DNA from: Tubulanus polymorphus
Lineage: Eukaryota; Animalia; Nemertea
Length of the DNA: 64,000 nt
Direction: 5' to 3'
Assembly: GCF_964204645.1 (NCBI RefSeq)
Contig: NC_134026.1
Coordinates: forward strand, 1,077,950 to 1,141,949
A program made the translations under genes and the position numbers. Below the pieces are notes generated by a model. The model had not been told where the DNA came from, made no database searches, and saw only the letters and a list, made by a program, of their open reading frames with translations. Within the stretch, counting starts at the first letter, position 1. Each line of letters starts with the position of its first letter. This document shows positions 59,411 through 64,000 of this stretch, in pieces.

Positions 59411-59519
59411 AGCCCGCAGTCACTGCAGTGCGGTGTATTATTAGTCTAGCCCGCAGTCACTGCAGTGCGGTGTATTATTAGTCTAGCCCGCAGTCACTGC
59501 AGTGCGGTGTATTCTTAGT
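59411..59519. repeat. 37-bp tandem repeat x3 downstream of the TAPT1 stop
   Basis: Unit AGCCCGCAGTCACTGCAGTGCGGTGTATTATTAGTCT. Confidence 0.9.
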
Positions 59520-59687
59520 TACTAGCATTAACAATGTTTGACAGTTGCTGTCACCTTCCAGTAAACTACCGGTAATTAATAATTACACGCAGCGCCACAT
59601 AGATGGCGCAATATAAGGTGGTTGGATTGATAAACGCTGCATAACAGGTACCATACACACAGCACTGAGTTCAACTGTAATTAAATA

Positions 59688-62600
59688 TCACACAATTCTA
59701 TTACTGCACATACTGAATCTATCTACGTCTGCTAACGGTGGTTTATTATCCTCTAATTCTTCGATGATTTCTTCGCCGCCGCTCTTCGAACGTTCGCGTT
59801 TGTGAGCGCTGATCTTACGTTCTTTAATCACCTGATCGCATTGTTTCTCAACCTCTTTCTGTTTCTCTTCCGTCAAAACGTGTCCCATCAAACTCAACGT
59901 GCTGTTCGACAGTATCGGTTTACTGGATAGCGACGGTTGCCTCATCGCCATCTGCGGCGACGCGCCTTCCGACTTCGATGGCGGCGTCGTCGCGCCAGTC
60001 GGATGATTATGTTTCGGTTTTGGCGGCGTGCCGACGTCTGAATTTCTGCGTCGGTGAGTTTTTCGTTTGATATTTTGTCGCGGTAAACTGACGCTGAATC
60101 GGCGAAGATTCATCATTTCCGACGTCGCCGTGCGTTCTCTTTTCTCCTCTTTATCTTTTTCGTGTCCTTTCTTTTCGCGTTCTTCAAAATATTCGTTCAG
60201 ATAATTGCACGTTTTACCGAGCATTACGATACTGTTGAGGATTTTGAACGTCAGTAAACTGAAATTTGAAAGAATCGAAATTATAATCATTTATTCAGAT
60301 CAGTTAACACAGAATTCATCTAACTGAAGAATGGGAATCTTTTATGAGGATTCCACTTGTGGAAAAGAAGGATCCACCGCATGTGCTGGTGTTCAGTAGG
60401 ATACCAAACACTTCTGGCAAACAAATCCACCGGGTTCGCAAATAGTTAGTCTGTCTGAGTGCTCTATGTTCAATTTCTTCTACATTTCAAATCAAATTGA
60501 ATCAGTTTCATAACAAGACAATCATCAATGAAATTTCTACCAAACGCCGAAGAGAACAGTCAATGCGCCCATGTGTTAATATTTAGATTCGGGACCTTAA
60601 ATCATGGATAGTCACTGTATCTGGTTGGATAGCTCGTGTTGTGGTTCCCTATTGCATTTTTACGTGAAGATGGAGAAAGTAGAGAACTTACCACAAATAA
60701 CCAACAAACAGAAGAAGGATTCCTAACCAACCACTAATCTTCAGAGACTGAGTGAATATTCTAATGAGCAGAACGGCAAGCGGCAGCGGAGTGAAACCCA
60801 TACGACGAGATACCAAATCGGAATGGTCTGAAAATGCCTGAAAATAAATGTGAAACTCAAAATTAGAAATCAGCATATCCGGATTGAAAAAATACCTGAG
60901 TTTTACCTTTTTCATGCGACTGCAGGCCGTGTCGTAAGCTAAACTAATCGTATATTCACGATAAACATCGGCCGATAGATTATTAAACTTAACGATGAAA
61001 GCGTGTTTTAACCAATCAACCAAGATTTCCGATAATAGCACCATCAAAATATCCGGAATTAACTGCCACAAATGATCTGAAATCGATGATAATTACCGTA
61101 CGTGAGAACTAGTGACATGAAAATCAGCGTAAATCTAAAACTCTGTTTCGAATATTTACCGAGATCCCAGTTGAATTCGGTCATATTACGAACAACTACT
61201 ATACATAAAAGAACGATATAATGAAATCTCTCGCGGACGTCGCTGCACGACATCTGAAATAGGTTATCTTTGGCAAACTTCTTAAACACGCTGCCTTTTA
61301 TTTCAACAAACTGCAAATCAACGGCATAAGAGCGATTAGACAAAACATGAGTTTGAAAGTTGAAGATTTTCAAATCCTCATTTAATATCATCTTACATTG
61401 TTTGACATCATGATAGTGAGCAGCGCTTTATTATGAGAATTAAATGCAACGTTTAAAGTTGTAGCTTGAAATAGCACCAGCATACTGTGTAAAACTAATT
61501 TGAAGTTAAGGATAATTTTGACGGTGACCATGCGATGAAAAGATTCCGATGTTAGATTTGTATATATTGGATAACAATTAATGAAACACTGTCCGTGTCA
61601 TGTAAAATCCCACCTTCAGAAAAAGAAATGTAAAATGTTTTCATATAATTTCGGAGTAGTATACAGATGATTATGAAATAAAATCATAATCATGAAGATT
61701 TTGAAAGTTGCGTTTTTCCTATTATTTGAAATGTTTTTTGAGTTAATATGTTATTCAAATGGCTATTAGGATATGTGGGGATATATATAAATTTTTTGTA
61801 TAAAGGATACACACATAAATAATAGCTATGAACAGTAAAGGAATAACACCCCAATGTTCCCTCTTTCTATGTTGCTGTTCTGTCGCTGTCCAGAACAACG
61901 AATCCAATATATCCTGACCAAATGACGCGAATAACCGATCAGCTATCTGAGAAAATTAAAACAAAAATATATATTTTTTTCTATTATCAGATCTATCACA
62001 CAATTCACATTCTCTGAAAAATAGCCCGTAACTGATCCTAATCTACATGTATATTAAACGCAATAACAACCACTGCTGCTACTTCTAATGCAGTCCAGAA
62101 ATACTTGTCGGCAAAGCGAAATTTGGTACTCAATAAGGATTATACATGTAGAGATAGTCAGCTGGGACAATCATCATGTGCTTAGTATTAAATTGAATTC
62201 AAAATAAGCAAATTGGGACTTAAACATAGAGACAACTTCACTGAGTTTAAACTGGAATTCATCATATAAACAGTCTTTACCAAGAATTACCCTAAATTTT
62301 TGTGAATAACTCAAAAGACAAGTTATGATCTTACCTCAAGCATATTGAAGAATATATAAAGCTTTATAATTGCTTGTCCTCTAATGATGTGATACATGAC
62401 TGAAGTATCGACGTAATTCATCGCGAAACAACAAGCGATTAGAATAATGCCTTTGAGCAAGTCACATATTTGAGCCGGTTCCATCACGCGCTGAGACCTT
62501 CAAAAAATAAATCATAAACATCCAATAAAACACAATTTTCAAACCGCTGGGAGTCAGTCAGGGTCAGTGGGAGTCAGTCAGGGTCGGTGGGAGTCAGTCA

Positions 62601-63970
62601 GGGTCGGTGGGAGTCAGTCAGGGTCGGTGGGAGTCAGTCAGGGTCTGTGGGAGTCAGTCAGGGTCAGTGGGAGTCAGTCAGGGTCGGTGGGAGTCAGTCA
62701 GGGTCGGTGGGAGTCAGTCAGGGTCGATGGGAGTCAGTCAGGGTCGGTGGGAGTCAGTCAGGGTCGGTGGGAGTCAGTCAGGGTCGGTGGGAGTCACTCA
62801 GGGTTGGTGGGAGTCAGTCAGGGTCGGTGGGAGTCAGTCAGGGTCGGTGGGAGTCACTCAGGGTTGGTGGGAGTCAGTCAGGGTCGGTGGGAGTCAGTCA
62901 GGGTCTGTTTCACTATAAAGTTTATGCTGAGAACAGTCATTGAAAACATGAAGTAACCATACAAATAGCAGAAAGCCCATGACAAATTTTTTTGGTTAAG
63001 TTGATATTGATTACTTCATCTTTTCAATATATCTTCAACAATTAAAATCCAGTCATTGTTGGCATTTAACGTTTTCGTGAAACTGAATGCAGGCCGTTAT
63101 TAGCAAGTTTTAGTTTGTTTTCTTTTTCTATATGATAGAGAGAGAAACTCTGCCGTAACCAGGATTCAAATCAATGATCCCCGGATTGATGAAACAAATC
63201 ACTAAACCTCTCTAACAGATCAAACAATATTGATTTGTAGTAGAATCTGATTTTTTTTTTTTACAGATGGATGAAGAATACTTACCCACATTGAAATATG
63301 CCACAAGGATGAGTGAATAAACGAAGAACTGCCATCAGAAATCTCGGCGGCAGAAAAGTGAATAAAAAACTGAAAGCATCGGTGCATTGTATAAAACCAA
63401 ACATCATAAACTGAAAATCAAACAAAACAACAGAATCTTCAGTTTTCATTCCGGGGTTCGTTTGTTATTGGACAGCAACAGAAATATATTGGAATTCTAA
63501 ATTCAAGCCGGAGGTTAACACTTACTTTTTCCATCTCTCTCGGAATCCTCATGAAAGTATAAACTCTTTTACTTTTCTCTTCGTATTTCGCCTCATCGTG
63601 TTCGAGGAAATAGCCGCGAGTCAACTCCGATATTAAATACTGCGATATCGAAGCAGCTGGACGCGCTGAAATAATTACAAACGCACGCAATCTAGTTTTA
63701 TGAAAAAGTTACAGGCCTTAGAGGACAACAATTCAAACTTCACCTTAATTAACTTTTCAAGAAACTGGAAACTCAATGTGATAAGTAAAAAAAGGCCACG
63801 TTAAGTCTGTTACCTTTTTGAAAGGCATCATCATCTCCTTCATCATCACTTTCATCATCCTTTTCTACTGCACCATCATCCGCTGCAGCTGCAGTTTCAG
63901 TATTTACCGTCGACACACCCGGCGTTTCACAACCACCAGCTCTCGATCCGATTGTTTCAACCGATGTCAT
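59688..63970 (-). CDS. TAPT1: Transmembrane anterior posterior transformation protein 1 homolog
   Basis: Motifs ELTRGYFLEHDEAKY..RVYTFMRIPREMEK, YHIIRGQAIIKLYIFFNMLE, QATTLNVAFNSHNKALLTIMMSNNFVEIKGSVFKKF, VDWLKHAFI, DLVSRRMGFTPLPLAVLL and C-terminal DVDRFSMCSNRIV*. Exons: 63970-63814, 63665-63526, 63410-63286, 62497-62335, 61946-61811, 61494-61397, 61310-61160, 61076-60907, 60837-60692, 60258-59688. Confidence 0.95.
61495..61810 (-). other. U12-type (minor spliceosome) GT-AG intron in TAPT1
   Basis: 5' splice site GTATCCTTTA (61810-61801); branch site TCCTTAAC (61512-61505) about 10 nt before the AG (61496-61495); no polypyrimidine tract; flanking exons join in frame (IYV-F-LHSML). Confidence 0.9.
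62548..62905. repeat. 20-bp G-rich minisatellite, about 18 copies, in a TAPT1 intron
   Basis: Unit GGGAGTCAGTCAGGGTCGGT. It explains the ORFs at 62567-62956. Confidence 0.97.
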
Positions 63971-64000
63971 ATTTTCTAATATCAGAAAAAAACGTTGGTT

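Noticed and set aside
62567-62956. Three overlapping Gly/Ser/Val ORFs
   Set aside because: Translations of a stop-free 20-bp minisatellite in a TAPT1 intron.

Overview
AT-rich eukaryotic (invertebrate bilaterian, probably spiralian) genomic DNA, not prokaryotic. It holds six spliced protein-coding genes: KSR (+, 2694-9739), a Golgi carbohydrate sulfotransferase of the CHST/GlcNAc6ST type (+, 10812-12724), RPL6 (-, 13839-15513, with a 5'TOP leader exon), MAPK7/ERK5 (+, 17032-22561, TQY activation loop), an ADGRA-family adhesion GPCR (+, 25207-55987; LRR-Ig-HRM-GAIN-7TM, ends ETSV) and TAPT1 (-, 59688-63970, with a U12-type intron). Introns carry MITEs, tRNA-derived SINEs, a LINE 3' tail and several minisatellites. 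Many long ORFs in the supplied track are repeat artefacts. The most notable non-gene structure is a palindromic insertion at 40.4-40.7 kb, flanked by a 12-bp direct repeat, that carries two inverted minimal hammerhead-ribozyme motifs (Penelope-like). Similar motifs lie at 3.3 kb and 52.8 kb. Exon boundaries were read by eye and no database searches were run.
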